Both the position numbers and the translations under genes were made by a program. This document shows positions 26,800 to 42,871 of a stretch of 64,000 nt of DNA, piece by piece. Under the pieces are notes generated by a model. The model had not been told where the DNA came from, did not search any database, and saw only the letters and a list, made by a program, of their open reading frames with translations. The stretch is taken from NCBI RefSeq assembly GCF_009914755.1, contig NC_060932.1. The stretch is one strand, 5' to 3'. The stretch is from the human T2T-CHM13v2.0 reference genome, Homo sapiens. Within the stretch, counting starts at the first letter, position 1; every line of letters starts with the position of its first letter.

Positions 26800-28470
26800 T
26801 TTGTACTGAGGGATGAAAGTGACAAAAGATGGGCAAATATCTGTGGACAGTAAACTAGAAAACATTGGTAAGAAATATTGAGGTAGATCTAAATAAATGA
26901 AGAGATATTCCATCTCCATCTATGTCATGGCTTAATAATGTTAAGATATTAAAATTGCCTAAAGTTAATATATAACTTTAATGTAATTCTATGCAAAATT
27001 CAAATAGCAATTTTTTTTTCAGAAATTGACAAGATGAATGCAAAATTCATGGGGAAGTTCAAAGGAGTTAGAATAGACAAACTGATTTTGAAAAATGATA
27101 AAGATAGAGAAATTATAATACCTGACTTCTAAACTTATTATTAATTTACTCTAATAAAAAGATTGTGCTACTGGAATAAAGATAGACAAATGTGTTAATA
27201 TAATAAAAAAGGAGTCTACATCTGACATTGAATTTTAACAAAGACGAAAAAGCAATTCAGTGGTTAAAAATTGTCTTTTCAAAAAATCATGCTGGAATTA
27301 TTGGATATTCTAATGCACAAAAAGTGAATCAGGGAATCTATATTTATCACCACATATAAAAATTAACTCAAAAAGGTTCATGGAGCTTCACCTAAAAGCT
27401 AAAAAATGTAAAAATATCTGAAAAAATTATAGATGAAAAATTATTTGTCATCTTAAATTAGGCAAAAACTTGCAAATACAACATTAAAGCATGATTCTAA
27501 TAGTACCAAAATATTGACAAACTGAACTTCATAAATATTAACAAATTCTTTCCTTCAAAAGCAGTCAAGAAAAATTTTTAAAAAGTCAAATAATGCATGA
27601 AAAATATTTGTAAATCATATAGCTGATGAATGTATTTTCATATGTAAATTACTCTCAAACTCAATGAAAGAAAGCAAACAAACCATTGCCAAAATTGACA
27701 AAATAATTGAATAGGCACTTCAATATACAAAAAAGATACGCATATAGGATGTAAGCATATGAAGCTCAACATTTTTATTCTTTAGGTAAACGCAAATTCG
27801 AACCATAATGAGACAACACTACACACTTATGAGAATAGCTACAATCCTAAAAAGCCTTTTTATATCAAATGTAGGTGGGTATATAAAATGGTACAATCAC
27901 TTTAGAAATCAGTTTGGCATTTTCTTAAAAACTGGAACACAACTCAAAAATATAATTTAGTCATTTCGCTTCTAAGCATTTACCCAAAGCAAATTATATG
28001 TCCTTGCTAAGATGTGTACACAAATGTTCATATCAGCTTTATTTGGAATAGCATTAAAAAAAAACAACCAAATATCCATGAACAGATGAATGCATCAAAA
28101 TTGTATATGTCCATAAATGAATCAGTACTCTGCATTTTAAAAAAGGAATTGTTGTTGCACTCAACAAGAGAGACGGATGTCAAGATATTTATGTTGAGTA
28201 GAAGAGGTAAGACAAAAATAATGCCCATGAGATTCCACTTATATAAAATCCTAGAAATGCAAACTAATATTTAGTGAAAGAGAAAATCAGTGGTTTCCTG
28301 AGGACTTAGGGGATCAAGTGTAGAGGAGCAAAAAGAAAAAAAAAAAGCTCATCATATTGATAATAATTATGGTTTCAAGGTTATATATATATATGGAAAG
28401 TTATGAAATGGTACACTTTAATAATGGGCCATTTAGGTATATTCATTATACCTCAATAAAACTGTTAAAA
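26800..28470 (+). mobile_element. L1MD/L1ME-type ORF2 end and 3' UTR
   Basis: gatctaaataaatgaagagatattccat, cagaaattgacaag, cacatataaaaattaactcaaaa, ends ttatacctcaataaaactgttaaaa. Confidence 0.8.
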
Positions 28471-28574
28471 TGAAATGACATTGTGAATTTGTTACACGTA
28501 AAATAACTGACTAGCTCTACATATTTTAAGAACCACTGTGAATTCACTTCATCATAATAAACTACTTACATTTA

Positions 28575-28790
28575 TAATATGCTTTGCAGTTTAATAATCA
28601 CTGTCAGTAAAATTATTTTGTTAATGCCAACAAAATCCCTACAAGTTTGATATTATCTTGATTTTATGTTGGAAAATCTGGCTTAGAGAGTTTCAATTAT
28701 TTATTTGAGTTTATAGCAGCTAAGAATGTGCAGTAATCCCCTACCTCTGGCTGTCAGGCAAGCACCCTGTTTACTGGATCATACTTGCCT
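28575..28790 (-). mobile_element. MIR
   Basis: aaatccctacaag...ttattatcttgattttatgttggaaaatctggcttagagag. Confidence 0.5.
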
Positions 28791-31700
28791 TACTCTTTAC
28801 TGTAATGTCTTATCTGAAGTTCACTGTGTGCAAATTCTCTTTGAATGTTTATGGCATTCTCTATGTTAGTTGGTTTATATCATTGACCATATCATATTTC
28901 ATTTTTATACACTTCATTTTTATCCAAATCTCTGAGCACATGCCTTTTACAAAAGGAATGCATAATGAATGCTGTGGTTGAATTAGATTTATACATTTAT
29001 TTTTGTAAATCTTCTGCAATCTCTGCAAACTACTGTGTGTCACAAGGCCTTCACTTAAAAAATAAGCATGGAATTTCAAATCCATTAGACCTAATGGTCT
29101 CGAATATAAAGGAGTTCAAAGGAATGAATAAGCAAGTTCTCCTCTCTCAGTTTTCCCTGCCCCATGTGTTTAATCAGTTTACAAAACATATAATCACTGG
29201 GAATAAATACATACAGCGTCTTCCCAATGTTTATCTGTTATCTATTTTTTAAATTATTATAAAGTTCCTCCATCTGTATTTTATCAGGGACTGTATCTCT
29301 ATACAATGACTTATAAAATATTTTAATGTGCTTACAAACATTGTGATGATCTATAAATAAGGGAAGTCTAGGACATTTTTAGTACTCATCTTGAGTGTAT
29401 CTCATGCAGACAAAAATTAATCCAATGTCACTAATTAGAGATGTTGAGGTTTTGTGGACATCCTACCAGATTTAAGACATGTAGAAACAGAATTCTTTCA
29501 CAGAGTCCTTTTACAGTTTGTTATTAAAAACTAAACCAGTAATTATTAGTTTATAATGTTTATAATGTGCTATAATATTCTTTTTTAGTGTAAAAAGATC
29601 TGGGATCCTCAGACCCATATATGAAATTATTGGACATTTAGTAGATCTAATAGTTTTTAAAATATCTAGGGGAGGTCTTAAAAATTGGAGGAAGGACTTA
29701 TAAATGGAGGAATCCCTTCAATGAAGTATAGTAGAACAGTTCCTAGATGAATATATTAAAAGCAAATAATAGAAAAAAGATAATATTCCAATATTTATCA
29801 TTTTTAGTAACTTGCATTTTAGAATAATGTAAAAATGTAAAAGTATGGAGAATTGTAGCCACTGCCTATATATAAATAGAATCGTTTTTACAGTTATAAT
29901 ATTAGGTGGCTCCTTTTTGAATCAATATGGTAATTTATGAACATATGCACACACAGATATGTGATCAATATATTATACATACGTATAGAGTTTATATATT
30001 GAATATATTATAAATGCATGTAATCAAGTATAATTAAACTGATATATACTTTACAATTTTATGGAGAAATAATAGACTGAATATTTACTACATCTAGTGA
30101 TGTAGAAAGAAACATTTAAAATGGCTTACAAAAGAAGGAAAGTAGAAGAAAGTCTATGAAGATTATGTGCCACCATATGTCAATAGAGAGACAGGGTTCC
30201 TATAACCCAAGGATAAAGAATGAAAACAAACCTATTCTGTGATGTATTACAGTGATAAAATTGATATACTGCAGTCTTTGTGAAAGCTTTAGGCTTTTTC
30301 TTCAATTAAAAGCATATTTGAGCATACACCATAATTCACCATATGGATGAATCTGAATTCTGTGAATGGAGACAGATTTGCTATATAATATATTTCTGTA
30401 TTTTTTTAAACTTCATATTCTTTTGTGAGGCACTTTTTGAAGGAATGAGTTTGTTAGGAAATTTATTTGAATAATAAAGGACTAAAGAGTATCAAGTTTA
30501 AACTTTTGATGGGGCTGAACTTTGTTAGCATTCTTATGATTAAATTTAATGGCATAAGAAGTAGCTGAATTGGCATTCAAGGCTTAAATAAAGTGAAAAA
30601 AATTTACAGATTTATGGCTGATAACAGATTTATTTCACTTCTCATTAATTTTGTGAAAAATACAGACTTTATGCTTCTCTATCATAAGCAATATTAGAAG
30701 TGATATTAATTATGTTTTACTTGAAATAAAAATGTCAGTTTTAAAATTTGCTATTATGACTAATTATGGCATTTTTGAATCACAACCCAAGACCCAAAAA
30801 ACAGAAGTATAAAAGTATAATCTAAGCAAAATTGTGGTGATCTCTAGAAGTAAATAAATAGGAAATTACTGTCTAAAACATGTCAGAAATGTTGGCTAAT
30901 TGACACTGGGATTTAAAAGCTTTGCTCTAAATAACATGGCTAAATATTGAAGGCTAACTCTAGCCCCAGGGATATGTTTTTTAATAGTCTTCTTGTATTA
31001 ATTGTATCCAAAAGGTTATATAACCATTTAGTACAGTTTGATTTAATTATAAGCTAATTTGATAAGGGTATGAGTCCATCAGGAAGACTATTCAAAGCAT
31101 AAGCTATCTTTACATGGCAAGTAGTTAGCAGAGTTTATAAAATGTTTACAGTTATGCCCAGATTTGACTGACTCACAATAAAGTTAATTACATCTTATCT
31201 TTGTGAAACTGATGTTACTTGTTTTATTTTCGACACTTGAATTTTAAAGCATCTCATTTTTGGGAGGGGGTATCATACAACTGGAAGCCTTACAATGATA
31301 AGCTAAGTAGAAATATAGCTAAAAAGCACTTTTGAAGCTGTTTCAGGCTACCGATAGCTGTCATCATTTAAAAGTAATTGCAATATAAAATTAATTATGT
31401 TGTCATAGATGAACAGTGACTCCTCTCCCTTCAAAAGGCAGAAAAGAAAGAGAAATGTAGTTCATTTCTAAATGCGGCACCTCTTCAAACTAGAGGTGGA
31501 GCTCAAAATGAGCTTCAGGTTTTATAAGATTGAGAAACTGATTTCATTATATATTTTCCATCATGTGACAATATTCACTTTCCAATTTTTGCCATCTGTC
31601 TCCTCTTATAATTACTGCTTAAAAAAAGAAAAGAGTTGGGGTGGGCACAGAGTCATTCATCATGTGGCAGTTTACACTGGTGTCTATTGTGGGCTACCAT

Positions 31701-31925
31701 CATAATACAATAACCTATGCAAATAATAATAATAATATGTAGTGTTTTAATGCAGATAAAAGAAAATAAAACAAGAATAGTGTGTTCACAAAGTGGTTAA
31801 AGAGCATTTTAATTACAACCCCTACCATCAGCTTCCAGTTGTGTTTGTGAATAACTTTATAGCCTTAGACGCTTTTGATTAAAATCACTTTATTCTATGA
31901 TACAAATAGAAAAGTCAAGGTGGAA

Positions 31926-33261
31926 TTCTACTAAAATTGTTGCAAAAAATTTAAAAGGAGGGACTCCTCCCTAACTCATTTCATTAGGCCACCATCATGC
32001 TGATACCAAAACCTGGCAGAAATACAACAACAAAAACACAAACTTCAGGCCAATGAACATCAACGCAAAAATTCTCAATAAAATACTGCCCAACTGAATC
32101 CAGCAGCATATCAAAATCTTAACCACCACGATCAAGTCGGTTTCATTTCTGGGATGTAAGTTGGTTCAACATATGCAAATCAATAAATGTAATTCATCAC
32201 ATAAACAGAAGTAAAGACAAAAACCACATGATTATCTCAATAGACAAAGAAATGGCCTTCAGTAAAATCCAACATCCCTTCATGTTAAAAATTCTCAATG
32301 AACTAAGTATCAAGGAACATACCTTAAAATAATAACAGCCATATATGACAAACACAGCCAATATCAGACTGAATGGGCAAAATTTGGAAGCATTCGCCTT
32401 GCAAACCAGCACAAGACAAGTATAACTTCTCTCACCAATCCTCTTCAACATAGTATCAGAAGTTTTGGACAGGGCAATCAGGCAAGAGAAAGAAATAAAG
32501 GGTATTCAAATAGGAAGAAAGGAAGTCAAATTATCTTTGTTCGCAGATGACATGATCCTGTATCTAGAAAACCCCATTGTCTCAGCCCCAAAGCTTCTTA
32601 AGCTGATAAGCAACTTCAGCAAATTCTCAAGCTACAAAATCAATGTGCAAGAATCACTAGCATTCCTATACCCCAACAACAGGCATGCAGAGAGCCAAAT
32701 CATGACAACTCCCATTCATAATTGCTACAAAGAGAATAAAATACCTAGGAATACAGCTAACAAGGGAAGTGAAAAACCTTTTCAAGGAGAACTATAAACC
32801 ACCACTCAAGGAAATCCGAGAGGACACAAAGAAATAGAAACATTCCATGCTCATGGATAGGAAGAATTGATATCATGAAAATGGCCATTCTGTCCAAGGT
32901 AATTTATAGATTCAATGCTATTCCCATTAAACTACCATTGACATTCTTCAAAATTAAAAGAAAACAACTATTTTAAAATCCATATGGAACCAAAAAAGAG
33001 CTTATATAGCCAAGACAATCCTAAGCAAAAAGAACAAACCTGGAGGTGTTATGCTACCTGACTTCAAAATATACTAGAAGGCTACAGTAACCAAAACAGC
33101 ATGGTATAGGAACAAAAACAGCTAATGGATGCTAGGCTTAATACTTAAGTGATGGGTTGATCTGTGCAGCAAACTATCATGGCACATGTTTACCTCTGTA
33201 ACAAACCTGCACATCCTACATATGTACCCTGGAACTTAATATAAATTCAATAGAAATAAAA
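31926..33261 (+). mobile_element. 5'-truncated L1PA (roughly L1PA10-13 age) with a large internal deletion
   Basis: ORF2 RT region (ORF 32465-32797 contains [16 protein letters not shown]) jumps at ~33120 to the terminal 3'UTR; degenerate TSD agaaaagtcaaggtggaa (31908-31925) / agaaaatcaagttggaa (33262-33278). Confidence 0.9.
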
Positions 33262-35927
33262 AGAAAATCAAGTTGGAAGAAAATTTGCTGATGTTTTTCA
33301 AAAGGATGCTTTAAAATATAAACTCCTTTAGTATGGTGATACCTCTCTAATGTGCTTTACTTCCAGACCTTCAAGTTTTTAAAGGTTGCTGTAACACAAG
33401 TAAATCAACATATATTAGACTCTTTTACAGATGAAACATTTGTACAACATGTTTAATAATGTAGATACTTTTAACTTTTTCATAATAATGTTGATGGCTA
33501 AAACTATGTTGAGAAATTAGTGGCAAAACATAATTCAGTTTCTGGCTAATAAAATGAAAATTCCCAAACCTCGAAAATGACTACTTGAAAAGTGAAGTTT
33601 TCAGTAACATATACTTACTCTTGATATAATCAAAGTTGTTTCCATAATTCAGTTATTTTAAAATATCTTGAAACTTAATTCATTCAAACTTAATATATTT
33701 CATTCTCAGCTGAGAGATCTCACTCCTCAGAGGAAATAAAAATTAATAAAAGAAATACCGAAATCAAGCTTTCTCTGATCGATCACACTGAAACTGGAAA
33801 ATAATAAAAATAGTGCTCTGATTTTTATTATTAGCCTTCCTGTAAATTTTAGAAATCACAATGGCTTATCTTAAAATATGAGTAAAAAACATAACCAAAA
33901 GATGAGTGAAGATAATTCCCTTTTATACTGAAGTGAAGCCTAGAAAGGACTTTAATTGCTTTGTAAATGAGTGCAACGTGATTGCATCAGAAACAAAATT
34001 TTGTATGAAACATTTATAAAATGTTTTATTTTCAATAAATCAAAATTCAATGTACATTTGGTCTAAGACATTTTAAAGGATTATTCTGTGTCTTTCTTCA
34101 ACTCTATGACTTGTTTAAAAATATCTCACAAACTGGAACTAAATTCTAAGGGACTCAAAAAATAGAGAACATTACCAAATAATTATGCTTATCTATTAAT
34201 TTTCATTATTACTTCTTTGATTTTTTACCTGGAATAATTTAGTATTAGGTCTATAAATATTCTGTTCTAATGTATTTTTGAGAGAGTTTACCCAAATTTG
34301 GCATTCAAGAGCTGATTATCTACATTTCTTATTTTCAGTTTTTTAAGTCATAGAAAACCTAAAATGAAATATTATTACCATTTTTTATTTGTCTATGAGC
34401 TAGCTAAAGTACTTTCAGTTCAAGATAAATAAATGAGGCACTTTCTTTTAATGCATATTATTAGAGATAAGAGAGTACATACTTCTGATTCTGGTGAATC
34501 TCATAGGATATGAATTATCCCAAATTTATTTTTAGATACAATCTGATATTCTCAAGTTTCCTGCTTTCCAAATAGCTCAAGATTAGCAGAACAAAAATGC
34601 TTTTATATTGGCCCACTTCAAATGTTCAAACCTTCAAAATTGTTCTATGACTGTAGCCCCAGAAATCTGCGTTTTTGTCATCTTGTACACTTATCTATTG
34701 ACCATGTCACTTTTCCCTCCCACATTTGACAACAAATTATTTTTGCATTGCTCTAAATTACTCCAAAACATGTTCTTTTGAATATTTTATTTTTTGTGTT
34801 TGTATGAAGTGTTCTTCCATTTCAGATAGTCACGTGTATTTCTTGCAATGCAGTTTTCAGAAAATACTCCCTGGGGAATTTGATAAGTGCTTACTCCCAT
34901 TCACTGTGTGGTCCTATGCTGCAGGTCAAACATAATTAAAAGTATTGTAGTCATCTGAATACTAGACTCTATTGTAACAAATCAGTGTTAAAATGCCAGA
35001 AAAAAATGAGCCAAGCTGACACCACTAGACAGAAACCATTAGTAAGCTTTATTTCTGCCTTAGCAAGACCCTTTCAATTCAGAACTCCCAACAGTTCATC
35101 ACAGTCTGTGGAGAATCACAGACAGATTAGATGGAACCAAAAAATTTGATTTTTTTTGTTTTATTCTTCTAGCTAATTTATGCACTTGTACTACTGGATA
35201 AGCTCAGTATCCTGTGTCCTCAGTATCTTTATGGCACATATAATTTTTTGCTTTGCAATATCCTACTTCTTTTACTTTCACGGATTAATTTCATCGTATG
35301 GCATTTTACTCGTGTAGTACTTAGGCTTACCTAATCATTCAGCATATTTTCAGTTCAGACTATATGTGAGGTGTAGTACAAAATTCTAAGAATATAAAAC
35401 CACAAAAGCATAATCCTATATGGCAAGAAGCTCACAATCTAATGGGACAGACAGAGAAGTAAATAGATAAGAGTACAATTCAATACTCAAATAACTAATT
35501 AAAAACATGCAATATACTTGCTTTTTATCTTTCCTCTCTCTAATGCTTAATATAATTTTGACTTCTTAAACCTTTCCTCATGAGTATGGACATCTTCTAG
35601 CTCAAAAAATGAAGTAAAAATCAGACAGGAACATCAACATACAGATTTTCATGGAATAATGAGCTCCAAGTGAGATCTCCATCAACCCATGATTTCTAAA
35701 ATCTAAAATAACATCAGCCCGTATTGTTTACTTATGTCCTCAACAGTGCTTTATGAATAGAGCTTCTGACTAAGGGCAGATGTTCTCAAGGTATAGTTCA
35801 ATTCTGTTCATTCACCCTTGGGCCTTATTCTAACCTTCACTTCTTCCTCCACTTATAATCCTACTGAAAATAATAAGCTTCATTGAAAGGAATGTCAGCA
35901 TTGTAATCAGATGAGCCTGGGTTTTAG

Positions 35928-36292
<365 letters not shown>

Positions 36293-36315
36293 TTGTGTGA
36301 TCTTTTAGGTTAGAA

Positions 36316-36512
36316 CAGTAGTTCTCAACCAGGGGCAATTTGACATGTCAGAGATATTTGGTAATATCTACAGATATTTTTTATTATCACAACTGATGAA
36401 TTGCTATCAGTAGAGGATACGTATGCTGTTAAACATTCTATACAAACATGATAGCCTCCAATAAAGAATTTTCTGACTCCAAATGTCAATAGGGCCTCTG
36501 CTGAGAAAGTAT
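36316..36512. mobile_element. MER20 (hAT-Charlie MITE)
   Basis: cagtagttctcaaccaggggcaattt ... ccaaatgtcaatagggcctctgctgagaaa. Confidence 0.8.
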
Positions 36513-36513
36513 C

Positions 36514-36607
36514 TATATTAGTTTTCCAAAGCTGCTGCAACAAAATGCCATAGACTGGGTGGATTAAATAACAGAAATTTATATTTGCATAGTTCTGGAG
36601 GCTGGAA
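36514..36607 (-). mobile_element. MLT1 LTR fragment
   Basis: tattagttttcc...caaaatgccatagactgggtggattaaataacagaaatttat...agttctggaggctggaa. Confidence 0.75.
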
Positions 36608-36831
36608 TTTATATATAATAATAAAATATAAAATTAGGTGTATATTTATTATTAAACATTTAACATTAATACTTAAATTATTAAGTATAATTATATATTC
36701 AATATGTTAGTATATACTAAAAAGGCTCTCTCACCTCACATACATTTTTTTCTGCTCAATTTTGATAATATATTCAGAATCTGACCACAGATTTTCACTT
36801 CCATTGTCTTGATACTCATCTTTGCCACTAT

Positions 36832-37500
<669 letters not shown>

Positions 37501-37538
37501 GCAGTGGGAGGAGAGTCATGACCTTGAAATTATTAAAC

Positions 37539-37809
37539 CTGGGCAGGAGTACAGTGGCTTAATCTCAGCTCACTGCAACCTCCGTTTCCCAGGTTCAAGC
37601 GATTCTCATGTCTGAGCCTCCCAAGTAGCTGAGATTGGAATTACAGGTGTGTGCCACCACATCTGGCTAATTTTTGTATTTTTAGTGGAGATGGGGTTTT
37701 GCCATGTTGGCCAGGCTGGTCTCAAACTCCTGACCTCAGGTGATCCACCTCGGATCACCTCGGCCTCTCAAAGTGCTGGAATTATGAGTGTCAGCCACTG
37801 CGCCTGGCC
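37539..37809 (-). mobile_element. AluS-type lacking its 3' end and poly(A)
   Basis: Reverse Alu starts abruptly at cctgggcaggagtacagtgg with no poly(T); small duplication cacctcgg-at-cacctcgg. Confidence 0.93.
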
Positions 37810-38095
37810 TGTATAGAAGAGTTCTTATCCAACTTTGAAATAATTAATATAACTGGCAGGATTGGGTAAATCTATTTGGACATCCTTTGGCCACAGACTC
37901 AACCCAATGTTTAGCAAAGGGCAGGGTCAGTCACAAAGCCCCAAATTAAAATATGTTGCCTAGGGAAAGGAACATTTCTTGTAGTACAAAGTGAAAAGAC
38001 GCTTGGTCTTCCTTAGTAACCTTCTGAGTATATGAAAATGAGATGAGCATAATTCAAATGTAAAAATATACTGATGAAAACGTTAACAGTTTCCT

Positions 38096-39587
38096 ATTTT
38101 AAAATTCTTATGGAAACAAAAAAGAGCTCAAATATCCAAGACAATCCTAAGTAAAAATAACAAAGCTGGAGGCATTGCACTACCTGAGTTCAAAATACAC
38201 TACAGGGCTACAGTAACAAAACAGTATGGTACTGGTACAAAAACAGACACACAGCCCATGGAACCGAATAGAGAACCCAGAAATAAAACCATACGACTAC
38301 AACTATCTGATCTTCAGCAAAACTGACAAAAACAGGCATGAGGAAAAGATTCCCTATTCAATAAATGGTGCTGGGTTAACTTGCTAGCCATATGCAGGAG
38401 ATTAAAACTGGACTCCCTCCTTACACCATGTACAAAAATTAACTCAAGATGGATTAAAGACTTCAATGTAAAACCTAAAACTATAAAAACCCTGGGTTTC
38501 ATGATGAAGATACCAAAAGTGATTGAAACAAAAACAAAAATTGACAAATGGGATCCAATTAAACTAAGGAGCTTCTGTGCAGCAGAAGAAACTATTAACA
38601 GAGTAAACAGACAACCTACACAGTGTACAAAAATACTTGCAAACTATAAGTCCAAAAAGGTCTAATATCCAGCATCTATAAGGAACTTAAACAAATTTAC
38701 AATTAGAAAAAGAAAAAAACCGTACAAAACTGGGCAAAGAACAAGAACAGAAGCTTTTCTAAAGAGGACTTGTGTGTGGCCAACAAGCATATGAAAACAC
38801 GTTCAGCATCCCTGATTATTCGAGAAGTGCAAATTAAAGCCACAATGAGATATCATCTCACGCCAGTCAGAATGGCTGTTAGTAAAAATCAAAAAACAAA
38901 TGCTGGCCAGGTTGTGGAGAAAAAGGAATGATTATACACTGTTGATTGGAGGGTAAATCAGTTCAACAATTGTATAAGACAGCGAGACCATTCCTCAAAG
39001 ACCTAAAGACAGAAACACTGTTCAACCCAGCAATCCCATTACTGGGTATATACTGAAAGGGATACAAATTATTCTGTTGTAAAGACACATGCACACATAT
39101 ATTCATTACAACACTATCCACAACAGCAAAGACATGGAAACAACCTAAATGCCTATCAATGACAGACTGGATAAATGAAATATAGTACATATACACTACA
39201 GAACACTATGAAGCCCAAAACAGAACAAGATCATGTCCCTTGTAAAGACATGGATGAAGCTGGAGGCCATTGTCTTTAGCAAACTAACACAGGAACAGAA
39301 AATCAAAAAACACATGTTCTCACTTATAAGTGAGAACTAAATGATGAAAACACATGTATATATAGAGGGAACAACACACACTGGGGCCTATCAGAGGGCA
39401 GAGGGTGGGAGGAAGGAGAGGATCAGGAAAAATAACGAATAGGTCCTAAGCTTAATACCTCAGTGATGAAGTAATCTGTACAATAAACACCTATGACACA
39501 AGTTTACCTGTGTAACCAATCTGTGTATGTACCCTTGTTCTTATAATAAAAGTGAAAATAAATCATAACATAATAAATATTATTAAA
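38096..39587 (+). mobile_element. 5'-truncated L1PA15/16-like element
   Basis: ORF2 C-terminal region and 3'UTR (gagggtgggaggaaggagaggatcaggaaaaataac); 20-bp TSD gaaaacgttaacagtttcct (38076-38095) / gaaaatgttaacaatttcct (39588-39607). Confidence 0.93.
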
Positions 39588-41630
39588 GAAAATGTTAACA
39601 ATTTCCTTTGTTATGTTCTCCCAACAATTCTGTAAAAAAGTTTATAATACACACACATATATATGTATATTTATAATAATATAATTTCAATCATACATAT
39701 ATTAGTGTATGATTTCTTTCATTTAATTTCTATATTAGAAAATAATGTAATCAACTATAAATAAAAATTTTGGTTTAACATATTTTTAAAAATATATTAT
39801 TATTTTCTTCTGTATTAAAATAATGCCTGGCATATTTACCTTTAAATTATTGACATTTATTTTAAGTACTTACTAAACCTCAAGTGAAAAATAAAATAAT
39901 ATGCTTCCAGTGGTTCAAACTAGTTCTGGGAATATTTTCTAGAGATTTAAATGGCAACCTTCTGAAAGAAGAAAAGGATTGTTATATTATTGTTTCAGAT
40001 TCAAATGGCTTGTATGCCATTTTAGAGAGCACACTGCTGACAGTCTTAATTTTCAACTCATTATCAGTTTTACACAGCCCAGCGTGTTAGAGTCTAGTGA
40101 CTATTTTATAAAGATGTGACTCTATTCTTAAGAAGAAATGATAATTATAAATTCTTACAATGTGAAGAGCCCCATAATAACTTTATCCCCCATGTAACAT
40201 TAATAGAGTTTGTTTAATAAATCAGGTTGATTGCCCATAATAAATCTACAATCCTGGGTTGCATTACAGTTGCAGTCATATCTGCATGATGCAGTTTTAC
40301 CCCTTGATGGCTGCCAGTTGCAAAGACATAAATAAAGATTAGGTAATGATGAAGACTGAAGCGTATGCCAGTGCTTTACAATTGTAATTTTATTGCCTTT
40401 AAATCAGCACACTTTGTCATGGAAATTTTGTGGCAAGGAAAACTCATTTGTTTCCAAAATATAAAACTTATATTTATAATTATAGCTGCTTTTAGAGAGA
40501 TAGTTTGCATTAAAAAGGTACAATATTACTCAGTTATAGTTATTATGAAAATGATTAGAAAACACGCATTTTACTGAGTGTGGCATGGCTCCAGAAGCCC
40601 CTGAAGTACATCATGTTTTCTCTACACAAGCAGTGAGGTATCCCAAAGAGGGTTTCAGTAAAGATGGTCTGAATCCATCTTAAGTCAGATTTGAGTTAGA
40701 ATAGCTTATTAGGCATTTATCTGTTATGTTTGCTCTGGAGAAAATACCACATCCCGTTGCAACTCTCTCCTTCTCCCTTGGGCCTAGAAATGCTTAGCAT
40801 TGTCAGAATGTATAGTTACCAAAGGCCTCTCAACATTCCAAATGCATTTTTCTTCCTGTCTTTACTGAAATAGATGAGAGGCTGGAAAATGCAGAGACAT
40901 CCTACTTTGTTCTACTCTAAATAAAATGACAAACACACAACACATATGCACACACACAGTAAGGCAGAAAAAGATCCTTCTTTTATATCTACTACATTTT
41001 CATGAAAATGAGGCTAACCAAGAAACATTTGACATGGATGATGTTACAAACACACTATGCTTCATACCCTCAGCCCCATTATTTTATAATTCGTATAGTA
41101 TTTATCTAGCACCAATTCAGTAACAGGTACATTAATCTGATTGAGCCCCTATCACTCTCAAAGTTGGTTCCTTTTAGATACTTGTTAGAGAAACAGGAGG
41201 TGATGCTGACATTTACAGTTCCTGTCTCATGACATTGCAATGCACAGACAACACTGACTGTGAAATCGAAAAAGTCAGTATTAGTAGTGCTTGAGGAATT
41301 TTCAGTCCATCCACAGTGTAATACTCAAGAGCACATCAAAATATATTCCATAAAGTCATTCTTCTTCAGGCCTGATTTTGATATTGAAATATTAGCATTC
41401 ATTTATACTTGCTTTCTGGCTTTATTTCTGCTTTCTGATACCTAAAAGAATCTTAGGTTCACTTGGCTATGGCAGCCTGTCTAGGGAACCCCCCTGTTAG
41501 ATGAGTTATACAATGGAAGAGATTTCATGAGAGGAAAGGAGGAGGGAGAATAATGGAAGAATAACAGAGATCCTTCAGTACCATCTGTGTGCCAGGCACT
41601 TTGTTAACTTACTTTAAAAGCATCATCTCG

Positions 41631-41935
<305 letters not shown>

Positions 41936-42150
41936 GGATCATGTCATTTCATAATCATTTCAAACCTATAACAAAAATGTATCCTATTTTCATAAAGAAA
42001 CCAAGAGAGTTCAATTAACTTATTTCAAGTCATACATGTTGTAAAAGTTAAATCTAAGTCAAATAAATTAGGTCAGATTCTAAAAACAAGTCTCTTAGGA
42101 AAAGGATAAGTACGAATTTTGATTGCCTTGAGAGTCAGGGGAAACTTCAC

Positions 42151-42512
42151 GGATATGGTTTGGCTGGGTCCCCACCCACAATCTCTACTTGAATTGTAAT
42201 CGCCATAATCCCCACGTGTCAAGGGAGAGACCAAGGGAAGGTAATTAACTCATGGGGGCAGTTTCACCCATGCTCTTCTCGTGATAGTGAGTGAGTCTCA
42301 TGAGATCTGATGGTTTTATAAGGGACCTTCCCACTCCGCTCTGCTACTCTTCCCCCTGCCACCTTGTGAAGAAGGTACCTTGCTTCCTTCCGCCATGATT
42401 TTACGTTTCCTGAGGCCCCCCCCACCACGCTGTGAGTCAATTAAACCTCCTTCCTTTATAAATTACCCTGTCCCGTGGAGTTCTTATAGCAGCATGAGAA
42501 TGGACTAATACA
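42151..42512 (+). mobile_element. THE1D/MSTA-like MaLR solo LTR
   Basis: gatatggtttggctg...ataatccccacgtgtcaaggg...tgagatctgatggttttataa...caattaaacctc...atggactaataca; near-TSD ttcac/ttccc. Confidence 0.92.
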
Positions 42513-42871
42513 TTCCCCCAAAGATATTCGCCCCACTCCCCCACACAAAAGGAAAGAGAGCTCTGCTTTCTGGTCTTAGCCTGAAGTTCCACAGGCAGAA
42601 CCTTTATAACTGATAAAAGCCAAAAGGAGTAACAGAAATAAGAACTAATATTTGATTTTAAGGCAGATCTGTAGAATTAATGCATTTTGAGTTTTAAAAA
42701 TATTCATTACATTTAATAGATTAACAAGTAAATTATATATTATAGACGTAGCTTGAAACTATTGTGGATATGTTCCACTTCCTAAGGAGCTAAGAGTCTA
42801 ATTTGTTCCAAATAATATAAAACACTCCATCGTTAACAATACAGACCAGATATCCAACCATATGACATTTT

